Numbered from the stretch's first letter, positions 20,116 to 31,265 are shown. The stretch is 64,000 nucleotides of DNA from an uncultured Methanosarcinaceae archaeon (GCA_963847185.1 CAWJYV010000007.1:544001-608000); one strand, 5' to 3'. Made by a program: numbers and translations. Notes: generated from the letters alone by a model not told the origin.

Positions 20116-22167
20116 TTAATAACTCTGGCTTTCAGAACCACCGTTTTGCGTCGTTTTCTCTTGTTTGGCGTTTACTCCAAGCTTTGGAATGAAGATATCT
20201 ATAGACGGACTTGAGTAAATTTTACTAAGAACTGCAAGGTTATCCTCTAATTCTAGTTCATTTTCGGGATTCCTTTCGTAGAAATAGTTGGCAGTATCCT
20301 TGAGAGTACTTTCCTCACTGCCGAAATACAATCCACTTCTTAGAAACTCCCTGGTTCTGAGAACTACATAGCCTCTATATTGTGAGAGTTTGTTTACATC
20401 ACCGATTCTGTAATTATCATAAGATGTAATATTCATCTCTGCAGAACTTGAAGGTATTAGTGGAAGATAAAAGAACCTTGAAGCGTAATAGTCGGTATAA
20501 ACGGAGGAGTTTACAGGAACATAATTGATAACATGTTCAAATCCACTTAATTCATTGGAAGTGAAGTATTCATGCTTAGCGTCCTTTCCAAGGAAATCCG
20601 GGTCTCCAACACTGAAAACCGAAGAAACTAATACAAATCCTGAGAATAGCAAGAGCACTAAAAAGAAGGAATTTACCTTTTTCGAGGTATATTTGTCCAT
20701 ATAATTCCAGAATATATATATTCCATACCCCATTATGAAAGCCATAAATGGACTGACAAAAAGCATAAATCTGTCAGTTCTAAAAAGAACTCTAAATTGC
20801 CAAATAGTATTTACTGGATTTGGAACATAGAAAACGAGGGTCAAAAGGGCAAATAATCCAAATACAGCAGCGTAGTTCTTTTTATAGTTTTTCAGGAGAA
20901 AACCTATTCCTATCAAGGCAAAAAATAAAAAGATGGATTTGTCTAGAAGTCCTACTAAATTAATCAAACTTTCCTGAAGTACTTCTGTACCGCCGGCAGT
21001 TAAAACTATAGACTCCCATAAATGGCTTTGTAAACGGGGAGTCAGACTCCTTTGAACAAAGACGTATGCTACAAAAAACCAGTATGAAGTGAAAGTCACA
21101 TTAAGCAGTAAGAAAAAGGGTTTACTTATATAGCTACCGCTGCCTACTACGTATTCCGAGGCGAAAAGAATGACAAGCAATAGGACTAGCTGAGGAAGAG
21201 AAACATTGTGAACCAGAGTTAAAAAGATTGCTACAAGAACTGAAAGTGCTTTTATAGGCAGTTTTTCCTCTTTGAAATTCACTACGTAAATCAGGTAAAG
21301 CAATATAATGAACATAATGAATGACATTGTGCGAGTGATTACATTTGCTCCATAATAGAGCACAGTGGAACTCACTGAAAACAGGATGCAGGAAATTAAC
21401 GAAATTTGCCTGTTATTTGTTATGTAGTTAAAAAGGTAGTAAAGAAAGATTACGGTTGTTGCATAGAGTGGGGCAGTTACCAGAAAAAGTGAAGTTTTTA
21501 TGCTTATATTAAGAAGTTCAGAAGTTTCTGCAATAAGTACATGGTATAGGGGAAAATATGCATAATCACTTAAGGACGTTGAAATTGTCTGCCCTAAATC
21601 AGCAGTAAGTTGCGAGAGGAAAATATGAGGCAGGATATCTGTGGTTCCTACGTAAAAATCATAATTCAACGTAACACTGTAAATCAAATTAGTCATGATT
21701 AAGAAAGACTCTGCCACAATCAGAGAAGGGCTTGCCTTTTTAGAGAATATTTGCAAAAATACCGAGAGGTAAAGTACTAAAATAAATGCGAAATAGTACC
21801 AGGGCCTGCTTCCCTGGGATAAAAGGAGTGAGACCAGGGAACCGATATAAAATATTCCAAATAGATAGGTAAGGGATTTTATGTTTAGAGATGGTAAAAC
21901 ATCTATGTCATGCAGACTTACATCTTTTTTGTAAACAAAGAGTACAAAAATACAGGAAAGAAGTGCAGGAACTCCTGTAAACAGTCCCCTAAGTGCATAA
22001 CCCAACTTTTCAGTTGCGAACATCCATAAAAACGTAAATATTACTGCGAAAATTATAGCTAAAGGAAACAGAGAATAAATTAACTTCATTAAACGGTTAT
22101 TACCTCGCCTCTGTCCTGTCTCTTCACTTAATTCTAACATACTATCTCCATGATCTTTAATAACCAT
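20116..22167 (-). CDS. Large polytopic membrane protein, GT-C-like (DUF2206/DUF6541-like)
   Basis: Many TM helices; loop motifs GTTDILPH and YAYFPLYH; soluble C-terminal domain with VYTDYY. Confidence 0.65.
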   Translation of the reverse strand: MVIKDHGDSMLELSEETGQRRGNNRLMKLIYSLFPLAIIFAVIFTFLWMFATEKLGYALRGLFTGVPALLSCIFVLFVYKKDVSLHDIDVLPSLNIKSLTYLFGIFYIGSLVSLLLSQGSRPWYYFAFILVLYLSVFLQIFSKKASPSLIVAESFLIMTNLIYSVTLNYDFYVGTTDILPHIFLSQLTADLGQTISTSLSDYAYFPLYHVLIAETSELLNISIKTSLFLVTAPLYATTVIFLYYLFNYITNNRQISLISCILFSVSSTVLYYGANVITRTMSFIMFIILLYLIYVVNFKEEKLPIKALSVLVAIFLTLVHNVSLPQLVLLLVILFASEYVVGSGSYISKPFFLLLNVTFTSYWFFVAYVFVQRSLTPRLQSHLWESIVLTAGGTEVLQESLINLVGLLDKSIFLFFALIGIGFLLKNYKKNYAAVFGLFALLTLVFYVPNPVNTIWQFRVLFRTDRFMLFVSPFMAFIMGYGIYIFWNYMDKYTSKKVNSFFLVLLLFSGFVLVSSVFSVGDPDFLGKDAKHEYFTSNELSGFEHVINYVPVNSSVYTDYYASRFFYLPLIPSSSAEMNITSYDNYRIGDVNKLSQYRGYVVLRTREFLRSGLYFGSEESTLKDTANYFYERNPENELELEDNLAVLSKIYSSPSIDIFIPKLGVNAKQEKTTQNGGSESQSY

Positions 22168-22354
22168 AACTTTATAAATTTATCAAAATATGGTTTTCAA
22201 ATTTTTGTATTTGAAACCAAAAGAGAGTTACAATCAGGACGATATTAATTAAAAATATTTTGCCCCAAAAAGTCTCAGATATCTATTCTAAAGTTTTGGT
22301 CATTTTTTTCAATTACTATCTTTTCTAATATCGTGATCAATAAACTCTTGGTTA

Positions 22355-23365
22355 TTAAATATCCGAACGAGACTTTTTTGAGATAATGAGGGAATTCGCA
22401 AAACTATACAAAAACCCAAGTCCATAGGTAACGTGTTGTATAGGAATTACAAGCAGGGCAAAAAGACCGTATTTAGATCTCATTTTGTAAATTACCTGAA
22501 TTGAGGTGACGAATACCAGAGAAAAATATATTGCCCCAAGTGCAAGTAGAAACAGTATTGGAGTGAAATATATGATAGAAGCGATAAGTAAAGCCACTGC
22601 AAAGATTATTGCAATCGATGGCAAAAATGCATACCAGCGAACGAATTCCCCATGTTTTTTGAAAAGCTCCGCCATCCACATCCCATATTTAAACATTCTT
22701 ACCGAAAAAGACTTGGGAGTTCCTCTTCTATGATGCAAAACCTGTGCTTCAGGGATGTATAAAAACTTACGTCCTCTTTTACCTATTCTATAATTTAAAT
22801 CTCCATCCTGACCTACAATAAATTTCTCGTCAAAGCCTCCCACTTCCTGAATGGCGTATTTTTTATACATGGCATTGCAGTTTGGGAGAGAGCTAACATA
22901 ATGTTTTTTTGTTGAATTTTTGGATTGAGCCGACCCTCCGGAACCCAAAAAGGTTTCCTGAGTATATCCCACTACTCTGCCAAATACAGGATCAGTGTCA
23001 AAAATCAGGTTAGGGCCTCCAACACACACCACATCATCCGGGGCGTTTTGCATTTCGCGGACAAGCACCTTTAACCATTGAGAGTCAACTTTACAGTCTC
23101 CATCAGTAAACGCAACAAGATCTCCTGTGGAGTTCTCTACTCCAAGATTCCTTGCCGCAGCAACATTCTTTCTTTCATTTAAAAGAAGCCTGACAGGATA
23201 TTTTTGTACCAGGTCCCTAGTTTTATCTGTGGACATCCCATCGACAATAGTAATTTCATAAAAATCTTTAGGGTAGTCTAGCTTAAGAAGTGATTCAATA
23301 CATTCTTCAATGAACCTCTCTTCATTACGAATACCTACTACCACTGAAACAAAAGGGCATTCCAT
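22355..23365 (-). CDS. Glycosyltransferase family 2 (ExoA/AglG-like) with C-terminal TMs
   Basis: VVVGIRNEE, VDGMSTD, FTDGDC, GGFDE. Confidence 0.88.
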   Translation of the reverse strand: MECPFVSVVVGIRNEERFIEECIESLLKLDYPKDFYEITIVDGMSTDKTRDLVQKYPVRLLLNERKNVAAARNLGVENSTGDLVAFTDGDCKVDSQWLKVLVREMQNAPDDVVCVGGPNLIFDTDPVFGRVVGYTQETFLGSGGSAQSKNSTKKHYVSSLPNCNAMYKKYAIQEVGGFDEKFIVGQDGDLNYRIGKRGRKFLYIPEAQVLHHRRGTPKSFSVRMFKYGMWMAELFKKHGEFVRWYAFLPSIAIIFAVALLIASIIYFTPILFLLALGAIYFSLVFVTSIQVIYKMRSKYGLFALLVIPIQHVTYGLGFLYSFANSLIISKKSRSDI

Positions 23366-23387
23366 ACAAATTTACCCCATTTTAAAG

Positions 23388-24287
23388 TTATTGTTTTCGA
23401 ATATGCTCATTTAGAAATATCATCCTTGATATGGCATGCAGTATTATTCCTGTAAACACCATGAAGGCTCCTATGATTGTCAGCATCACCATAAGAAGGG
23501 TAGGGCCGAAGCGCAGGTAACCTCCCAAAAGGTAATCCTGCAAAAATTTCAATCCCATAAGAATGCCTGTAGATGCCATAATCAGCCCAGGTACGGCAAA
23601 GTAGTATAGAGGTCTTCTATATTCCATATCCTTCAGAATTCTAAACAGAACCCTGGGCCCATGTATGAAAGGATGTTCACTTGAGCAGTCCTCAAGGTCA
23701 TATCTACAATGAATTTCTACTTCAGTAAACCTCAGGTTGTAATCTTTTGCCTGAATAAGGATTTCGGAGCCTGCAGACATATCTGTGCCATTCAAGTTTA
23801 TATTTTCAATGGCTTTCTTTCCATAAGCCCGAAAACCGCTCTGGGAATCTGTTACCTTCAGACCCCCTGCCATTACAGTTGCGACGTCAAGGACCTTCAT
23901 TCCAAATTTACGATAAATGGGAACATTTTTCCCATTACCGTTGACAAACCTTGAACCTATTACGAGATCAAATCCGTTTTTCAGGGGTTCAAGGAGCTTA
24001 GGGATCTCGGATGGGTCATGTTGACCGTCAGAGTCGATTATGACCATAGCACTTACGTCGAGCTCGCGAGCGGTTTCAAAACAGTCCCGGAGAGCTGCAC
24101 CATATCCTTTGTTGGTCTCGTGGCGGACTACATATGCACCTAGTGATTTAGCGATATCAACAGTGTTGTCAGTGCTTCCGTCGTCCACAACCACTACTTT
24201 ATCGACATATCTTCTGCAGCCTTTAATGACCTCTGCAATGGCATGGGCTTCATTATAGGCAGGCATGGCTGCAATCGTAACGGTCAT
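23388..24287 (-). CDS. GT2, polyprenol-phosphate glycosyltransferase (DPM1-like) with 2 C-terminal TMs
   Basis: PAYNE, VDDGSTD, NKGYG, IDSDGQH, DSQSGFRA. Confidence 0.88.
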   Translation of the reverse strand: MTVTIAAMPAYNEAHAIAEVIKGCRRYVDKVVVVDDGSTDNTVDIAKSLGAYVVRHETNKGYGAALRDCFETARELDVSAMVIIDSDGQHDPSEIPKLLEPLKNGFDLVIGSRFVNGNGKNVPIYRKFGMKVLDVATVMAGGLKVTDSQSGFRAYGKKAIENINLNGTDMSAGSEILIQAKDYNLRFTEVEIHCRYDLEDCSSEHPFIHGPRVLFRILKDMEYRRPLYYFAVPGLIMASTGILMGLKFLQDYLLGGYLRFGPTLLMVMLTIIGAFMVFTGIILHAISRMIFLNEHIRKQ

Positions 24288-25181
24288 GTTTAATCATCTA
24301 CCTCTTCGACAACAAGACTCAATAGTCTCCCGAATAAAGTGATTTGTTATAAAAGAATCGATAAAAAGTTTGAATTCGGTAAACATATTTTTCAGAGTCA
24401 TCGCTCCATAATTTTTAAAGGGTTTCAAAATATCTTCTATAGCTGTATTTACAGAACTTGATTGGGGGATCTTAGTCCTCCTTTTTGACAAAAAGAAGGA
24501 GCATAGATGCTCTGTAAACAAGTCACGGCATATTATCTAAGACGTGTATTTGTTTTAATATACGAGCTATATAAGCATTTAGATACAAAAAATAATTATG
24601 CAGTTTTCTCTATAAAAATTTATTAAGAATTTAGCTAATGTTTTTTTGTATTGGATAGAAGTTGCATTGCATATATTCATATTTTATATAAAGTTATTTA
24701 TTTTGGGAGAATTGTGCTCTATGGGTTTCAAAAAGTTTTCATGATGTCTTTTAACGTTCTAAATGTTACATTCCCAACTTAAACTCAGTTCAAAAAATGG
24801 ATGAGTGAATATTTTAAAGGTCGCAAATCTTCTCAAAAATACTGTAAATAGGGAAAAGTATTTGACATAACAAGCAGGAAATGGGAAAGATATTTTATAC
24901 AACTAAGTAATTAGTAGGTCGGGTTAAGAACATCCCTGGAAAAGGATAAAACCCATGAATATAAGTGCTGCTAAATCCAAAGATGTTTCCTGGATCGAAA
25001 CTAGGATAGTTTACTTTTCGGGATTAATTCTTCACATTCACCGATGAAAGCAGATACATTTGAGAGATAAGGAGATTTTTGGAATGCCTCAGAAGAGGGT
25101 ACAGAAATCGTAAATTAACCCGATAATATGAAAGAAACTGGAAAGCCAGAAAAACATTAAAATCGTTTTATGAGGAGTCAT

Positions 25182-26069
25182 ATGGCCGGAAACCAGAAGT
25201 TTCCATCTGATCTGTTGCTTGTAGCAGGCCTTGTAATTATTACGGATATTTTCGTACTTATTCCTGTACTGAATGAAAGTTTCATCCGTACGGCTCTTGG
25301 TCTACCTATGGTACTTTTCCTTCCAGGGTACGCACTTATAGCCATGTTTTTTCCGAAAAAAAGCGGACTTGAAGGGATGGAGAGAATAGCTCTTTCTGTT
25401 GGGATGAGCGTTGTAATTGTACCTCTTATAGGGCTTGCACTTAATTTTACAACATTGGGAATACGAGAAATTCCTCTTCTTATAAGCCTTTCAGTATTTA
25501 CTCTTATAGTGTGTGGAATGGCCTATATAAGAAGAGTTCGACTTCCAGAAGACAAAACATTTGGTGTTCCTTTAAAAGCTTCTGTTCTCAGTCTGATTGC
25601 TGGAGTCCTTGAAAAACCGGAATCAAAAACTGAGGGCATTCTCAGAATATTTCTAGCCCTTTCTGTCCTTATTTTGATTGGAACTGTAGCTTATGTTGCC
25701 TTAGTACCTCCGGAAAAAGAACCATTTACGGAATTCTATATTCTGGGGGCTGACAGGATAGCTGAGAATTATAAAACAAACTATATACAGGGAGAAAGTG
25801 GGACTTACATTATAGGAATAGCAAATAATGAATATAAAACAATGAACTACACAATGGAAGTAAGGCTTGAAAATAAAACTTTACCGCTTCCTGAAAACCT
25901 GCAAAATATAAAACTTGATCATAACACAACTCTTGAAGAGCCTGTTGAAATCACACCTTCTATTGAAGGAAAGAATATGAAGCTCGAGTTCCTGCTTTTC
26001 AATGAGACTGAAAAGAACATACCTTACAGAGACCTGCGCCTCTGGATAAATGTTACGGAGGAGGTCTGA
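25182..26069 (+). CDS. DUF1616 domain membrane protein
   Basis: LFLPGYAL, ERIALSVGMS, EPFTEFYILG, PYRDLRLWINV; ATG after GAGGAG. Confidence 0.85.
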   Translation: MAGNQKFPSDLLLVAGLVIITDIFVLIPVLNESFIRTALGLPMVLFLPGYALIAMFFPKKSGLEGMERIALSVGMSVVIVPLIGLALNFTTLGIREIPLLISLSVFTLIVCGMAYIRRVRLPEDKTFGVPLKASVLSLIAGVLEKPESKTEGILRIFLALSVLILIGTVAYVALVPPEKEPFTEFYILGADRIAENYKTNYIQGESGTYIIGIANNEYKTMNYTMEVRLENKTLPLPENLQNIKLDHNTTLEEPVEITPSIEGKNMKLEFLLFNETEKNIPYRDLRLWINVTEEV

Positions 26070-26070
26070 G

Positions 26071-26919
26071 ATGGTAACTTCTAAGAGTATAAATATGGAA
26101 ACCATTGAAGCGCCTGAGAATCTGAGGATAGAAACATTTGAAAATTCCAGAAAAAAGTCTGAGGTCAAAAACAAATGGTTTTATCTGGGAATGCCTGCTG
26201 TAGCAGTTGCTTTTGCGGAAATATGTGTTTCTTCGGGAAGATTAGTAGAAGCTGCAATAATATATGCAGTGATCCTGCTTGGACTTTCCTTCTCCATAAT
26301 GTTCATAAAAAATGAAGAAATCCAGAAAACATACCAGGTTCTTATTCTCCTGCCTATCCTGCGTCTGATAAATCTTTCAATGCCAGTTTTCTTTGAGTCT
26401 ACACTTGACTCATTTATTTTTATATATTGTCTCATGTCAATTCCCGTAAGTATTGCAGCTGCTCATCAGGATTTTACTCGCACACAGCTCGGGTTAACTT
26501 TTAATAAGTTAATCCTCTATATCCCACTTTCACTATTTCTGGGTGCAGTATTGGGGGCAGGAGAATACCTGATTATCGGAACTAATAATCTTATCCCAGA
26601 TCTTTCGGTCTTTAATATCGTAAAGCTTAGCATAGTTATGATCTTTTTTGCAGGTCTTGTGGAGGAATTAATTTTCAGGTCAATCCTTCAAACCAGGCTT
26701 CAGATAGTACTCGGGGATAAGAAAGGATTGATATTTACGGCCATTTTGTTTGGACTTATGCATTCAGGATACGGGAGTTTTAGTGAAGTGCTGTACGCAT
26801 CCTTTGTAGGTCTCTTCATAGGATCACTTTTCTACAGAACACGTAGCCTTCCTCTGGTCATGATGATCCATGGCTTCATAAACATCTTTGTTTTCGGGAT
26901 CTTCCCCTTCCTTCTCTAA
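26071..26919 (+). CDS. CPBP (Abi/CAAX type II) intramembrane glutamic endopeptidase
   Basis: EELIFR, FGLMH and HGFIN motifs; ATG after GGAGGAGG, directly after DUF1616. Confidence 0.9.
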   Translation: MVTSKSINMETIEAPENLRIETFENSRKKSEVKNKWFYLGMPAVAVAFAEICVSSGRLVEAAIIYAVILLGLSFSIMFIKNEEIQKTYQVLILLPILRLINLSMPVFFESTLDSFIFIYCLMSIPVSIAAAHQDFTRTQLGLTFNKLILYIPLSLFLGAVLGAGEYLIIGTNNLIPDLSVFNIVKLSIVMIFFAGLVEELIFRSILQTRLQIVLGDKKGLIFTAILFGLMHSGYGSFSEVLYASFVGLFIGSLFYRTRSLPLVMMIHGFINIFVFGIFPFLL

Positions 26920-27053
26920 CTCCTTTCGCAGATCCACAAAAAATAAAAACAAGTTAAAAAGCAGATGCTGAAGATTAGTTGAAAGTGATGTTCCTAACTA
27001 CTTCTTCAAACTTCAAAAATATAATGCATAATCCCGAACGTTAAAAATGTATC

Positions 27054-27186
27054 CATCTGGATTCGGTTAACGAATTTTATGCACAACTTCGGATATCATG
27101 TGTAGTGATTTTCCAAGAGAATTCTCTTAAATGTTGCATAAAAAATAGCATTTTTTGATTTTTTGTTCCTTAACCGAATCCAAATG
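27054..27186. mobile_element. 133-bp MITE with ~21-bp terminal inverted repeats and a 10-bp target-site duplication (IS4/ISH8-like)
   Basis: CATCTGGATTCGGTTAACGAA ... TTCCTTAACCGAATCCAAATG, flanked by AAAATGTATC at 27044-27053 and 27187-27196. Confidence 0.85.
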
Positions 27187-27230
27187 AAAATGTATCCAGT
27201 TTTGGATAAAAGCACAAGAATAAATTCATT

Positions 27231-27345
27231 AATTAATCTGCTTGAGCGAACGAATCGAGTGAAACAGACCCTGCGCTATTGTGATTATATCGTAACTCCC
27301 CGAAAATTTCCTATTTTTCTGTGATCCCTAAGCAGATCTCGGGTG
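27231..27345 (+). repeat. Dispersed hairpin repeat, long variant
   Basis: TTAATCTGCTTGAGCGAA...GAGTGAAACAGAC...GATTATATCGTAACTC matches 35229-35345 and 35354-35427. Confidence 0.7.
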
Positions 27346-27439
27346 GAGAAACAGACGGAGGTTCACGAATCATAATTCGGAAGGCTCAATGGATAAACAA
27401 AAAAACTGAAAAAATATAATAATTTATGATTATTTGCCT

Positions 27440-27736
27440 CTAGAAGAGATCTACAATCTTGTAAAGGACGATTGCACAAAACGAAAACAATAGTGGAATA
27501 ATTCCCATGTTTAATGAAACTTTCACCGTATCTCCCCAATGCTTTGATACAGGAAGGAAATCCCTTAGTAAGAGCAGTAGAAGTAAAGCTACAGTAGCCA
27601 CTGATGCACCTACAGGGATTTCTGGTATGCTGGTAATTGAGGGAATACCTGAAGAAACTGAACTTGACGAAAGTAAACTTATAAGCGTAGTTAGGACTCC
27701 TTGAGTTGATTCGCGTATTTGAGGAACAAATGTCAA
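27440..27736 (-). CDS. Small Ser/Thr-rich two-TM membrane protein (paralog of 4383-4673)
   Basis: GGAGGAGG RBS, TTG start; S/T-rich N-terminus, IPEIPV, two TMs, SLNMGIIPLL. Confidence 0.78.
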   Translation of the reverse strand: MTFVPQIRESTQGVLTTLISLLSSSSVSSGIPSITSIPEIPVGASVATVALLLLLLLRDFLPVSKHWGDTVKVSLNMGIIPLLFSFCAIVLYKIVDLF

Positions 27737-28463
27737 TATGATATAAAAACCCTCCTCCTACTACTGAAAAAGTATAAAAAGATCTAATGTATAACTCATG
27801 CCTTGGATATGAGTCCAGAGGGTCAAACGATTACGAAAATAATACTGAGCTTATCTGGTTTGAACGAAGGATAAATTAAAACTCCATTACAATAAAGGAT
27901 TTAGATATTAAAAAGAGCCGTTTTCTAAACTTATTCGATATCTCAATTTTCCGGAAAGTTGGAAGCAAAAAAGAAGGACATGTTTAAAGACCAATATTTT
28001 ATTTATCATATTTTTTCTATGAAAATTATTTATTCATGAGACATTTGAAACTTCATAAGTTATAAATTTTTTATATAAGTATTGTCTATAATAGTATTGT
28101 AAATATAAGTTTTTAAAACACTTTATAATTATTGATATATGAGTGATGTTATGAATTGAATAACTCCGTTAGAAAACATAAAATAAACAGTCGATAATGA
28201 AATAAACCAAATCACTTAAATAATTATACAGTGTATTCATTTAAAAAATTAAGATAGTTGCTAAAATAGTTACAAAGATCAATGGGAGTGAGCATCGGGA
28301 AGGAATATATCGTAATCGTCTTCGAGTTTACCTCGAAATTATGAGTTGGCCTTATAGGCGGGAACGAAAGAACCGAAAACGACGTAAAAAATGATCCGAA
28401 AATTTTTATGAATCAAAAGAGTGCAGCTATCATGATGAAAATCCAGAAAAAACGGGGGGAACA

Positions 28464-29132
28464 ATGAACTCTACCGAATTTAAAATCCACAATTCTTCTA
28501 AAATATACGGTACCTCTGTAATAGGGAAAGATACGGTAATAATGGAAAATGTGATTATCGGGTATCCTGAACACAGGACCCTGATGGAAATTTTGAAACA
28601 AAATCTTGAAATTGAAGATTTTGATTTTCCAGGTTCTACTATAGGCTCGAATTCGATTGTAAGAGCCGGGTCAACGATTTTCTCCAACGTGAAAACCGGA
28701 AAAAACTTCAAAACCGGGCATAATGTATTGATCAGAGAAAACACTGAAATAGGAGATAATGTTCTTATTGGAACAAACGTCATTATAGACGGGCATGTGA
28801 AGATAGGAAATAACGTCAGTATTCAGGGCAATGTCTACATTCCTACAAACGTCATCATTGAAGATAACGTGTTTATAGGGCCCTGCGCGGTTCTGGCTAA
28901 CGATAAATATCCTATTAGAAAAAAATACGAACTGAAAGGTCCTGTTTTGAGAAAAGGCGCATCTGTCGGTGCAAATGCTACTCTGCTTCCTGATGTTGAA
29001 ATCGGAGAAGGGGCAATGGTTGCCGGAGGGGCACTTGTGACAAAGAACGTGCCCGCATGGAAACTTGCAATTGGTGTGCCTGCAAAGATTCAGGAACTTC
29101 CGAAGGATTTAAAGGAATTGAATAAGATATAA
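28464..29132 (+). CDS. Nucleotide-sugar N-acetyltransferase (WbpD-like)
   Basis: Hexapeptide repeats, [29 protein letters not shown]. Confidence 0.85.
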   Translation: MNSTEFKIHNSSKIYGTSVIGKDTVIMENVIIGYPEHRTLMEILKQNLEIEDFDFPGSTIGSNSIVRAGSTIFSNVKTGKNFKTGHNVLIRENTEIGDNVLIGTNVIIDGHVKIGNNVSIQGNVYIPTNVIIEDNVFIGPCAVLANDKYPIRKKYELKGPVLRKGASVGANATLLPDVEIGEGAMVAGGALVTKNVPAWKLAIGVPAKIQELPKDLKELNKI

Positions 29133-29196
29133 ACTTACTAAAACCAATAGTAAGTTAAAAAAAAGTTTATTGGAATTATTAAAAAGAGGTCCGAAA

Positions 29197-30279
29197 ATGA
29201 TCCCAATCGCCAAGCCCTTATTGGGCAAGGAAGAGATTGATGCCGTAACAGAGGTTCTGAGTTCAGGAATGATTGCACAGGGCCCTAAAGTAGATGAATT
29301 TGAACTTGCTTTTTCCGAGTACACTGGCTGTGAGTATGCAGCAGCTGTAAATTCCGGCACTGCAGCCCTACACATTGCACTTCTCGCCTACGGCATAGGA
29401 AAGGGAGATGAAGTGATTACGACTCCCTTCAGCTTTATTGCTACCGCAAACAGCATCCTTTATACTGGGGCAAAACCTGTTTTTGCAGATATAGAGCCAG
29501 ATACCTTCAATATAGACCCTGAAAAAATTCAGGAAAAAATCACTTCCAAGACTAGAGCAATTATGCCTGTCCATCTCTATGGACACCCTGCAGATATGAA
29601 GGCCATAATGGAAATTGCAGAGGACAAAAAGCTTATTGTGGTTGAAGATGCCTGTCAGTCTCATGGTGCAGCATTACATGGAAAAAAAGTAGGAAGCTTT
29701 GGAACTGGAGCATTTAGCTTTTACCCTACAAAAAATATGACAACTAGTGAAGGTGGAATGCTCACCACAAACGATAAAGAAATCGCAGAGAAAGCAAAAA
29801 TGATCCGGGCCCATGGTTCCAAGATCCGCTACCTGCACGAAATGCTGGGTTTCAACTTGCGTATGACTGATATTGCGGCTGCAATAGGCCTTGTACAGCT
29901 CGGAAAACTAAATGAATTCACCATAGCAAGACAGAAAAACGCAGAAATTCTGTCATCCGGACTCAAAGGCATACCAGGACTCATACCATCAATTACAAAA
30001 GCCGGGTGTACCCATGTATTCCACCAGTATACCATCAGGGCCAAGAAGAGAGATCAACTGGCAGCCTTCCTTAAAGAAAATGATATAGGGACAGGAATTC
30101 ACTACCCGATACCTATCCACAAGCAGCCAGTCTACAAAGATCTTGGATACAAAGACTCTCTTCCAGTCTCGGAAAAGGCAGTAGAAGAAGTTCTCTCCAT
30201 TCCTGTACATCCTGCATTGTCCAGAGCCGACGTACAGGCGGTAGTCAAAGCGATCAAAGAATTTTATGCACAGGCTTAA
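29197..30279 (+). CDS. DegT/DnrJ/EryC1/StrS aminotransferase (WbpE-like)
   Basis: [37 protein letters not shown]. Confidence 0.92.
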   Translation: MIPIAKPLLGKEEIDAVTEVLSSGMIAQGPKVDEFELAFSEYTGCEYAAAVNSGTAALHIALLAYGIGKGDEVITTPFSFIATANSILYTGAKPVFADIEPDTFNIDPEKIQEKITSKTRAIMPVHLYGHPADMKAIMEIAEDKKLIVVEDACQSHGAALHGKKVGSFGTGAFSFYPTKNMTTSEGGMLTTNDKEIAEKAKMIRAHGSKIRYLHEMLGFNLRMTDIAAAIGLVQLGKLNEFTIARQKNAEILSSGLKGIPGLIPSITKAGCTHVFHQYTIRAKKRDQLAAFLKENDIGTGIHYPIPIHKQPVYKDLGYKDSLPVSEKAVEEVLSIPVHPALSRADVQAVVKAIKEFYAQA

Positions 30280-30317
30280 GTAATTTTTCTAGATGCTGCA
30301 TTTTTCAAAATCAGGAA

Positions 30318-31265
30318 GTGAGATTTTTGATTAGAGTAGGAGTTATAGGTACAGGTGCCATGGGACAGAACCACGTCAGGATCTATAGCGAGATGGAGGG
30401 TGTAAAACTTGCCGGAATCTCAGATGTAGATCAGAGTCGTGTAGATGCCTTGGCTGCACAGTTCAAGACAAAATCTTTTACAGATTATAAGAAAATGTTC
30501 GCCGAAGGACTTGATGCGGTAAGCGTTGTTGTACCCACGAAACTGCACAAACAGGTTGTACTTGACGCTCTTGACGCGGGGATACATGTCCTTGTAGAAA
30601 AACCGATTGCAGATACGACTGAAAATGCTGATCTGATGATTGCAGCTGCAAAAAAAGCTGGGAAAGTCCTTATGGTTGGTCACATTGAGCGTTTTAATCC
30701 TGCAGTCATAAGACTCAAAGAGATAATAAACTCAGGCACTCTGGGCAAGATAGTTTCAATATCGACCAAGCGTGTGGGTCCATATAACCCGAGGATCAGA
30801 GATGTAGGAGTCATTCTGGACATAGGGGTGCATGATATAGATATTATCTCGTATCTTTATGGAAAGAAAATAAAGGGTGTTTATGCCATTGCAGGCGCGG
30901 ATATTCATTCATTTGAGGACCATGCCTCAATTATTCTGCGGATGGACCATAATTTTGCAGGAGTCGTGGAAACAAACTGGCTGACTCCTCATAAAGTAAG
31001 ACAGTTGACAGCTATCGGAATTAAAGGCGTTGCCTATCTGGATTACATTAATCAAACAGTAGAATTGCATGATAACGGATGGATCAGAAAAGCAAAAGTA
31101 GAGCCAAGTGAGCCCCTCAAAAATGAACTATCCTACTTCATAGATTGTGCTGCAACAGGTAAAGACCCTAATCCTTGCGGAGAAGATGGAAAACACGCTC
31201 TGGAAGTGGCAATGGCAGCTATAAAGTCCTACGAAGAAGAAAGATTAATTGAGGTAGGACAATAA
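30318..31265 (+). CDS. Gfo/Idh/MocA oxidoreductase; UDP-GlcNAc(A) 3-dehydrogenase (WbpB/GnnA-like)
   Basis: GTGAMG, VLVEKP, GHIERFNPA, DIGVHDID. Confidence 0.88.
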   Translation: MRFLIRVGVIGTGAMGQNHVRIYSEMEGVKLAGISDVDQSRVDALAAQFKTKSFTDYKKMFAEGLDAVSVVVPTKLHKQVVLDALDAGIHVLVEKPIADTTENADLMIAAAKKAGKVLMVGHIERFNPAVIRLKEIINSGTLGKIVSISTKRVGPYNPRIRDVGVILDIGVHDIDIISYLYGKKIKGVYAIAGADIHSFEDHASIILRMDHNFAGVVETNWLTPHKVRQLTAIGIKGVAYLDYINQTVELHDNGWIRKAKVEPSEPLKNELSYFIDCAATGKDPNPCGEDGKHALEVAMAAIKSYEEERLIEVGQ

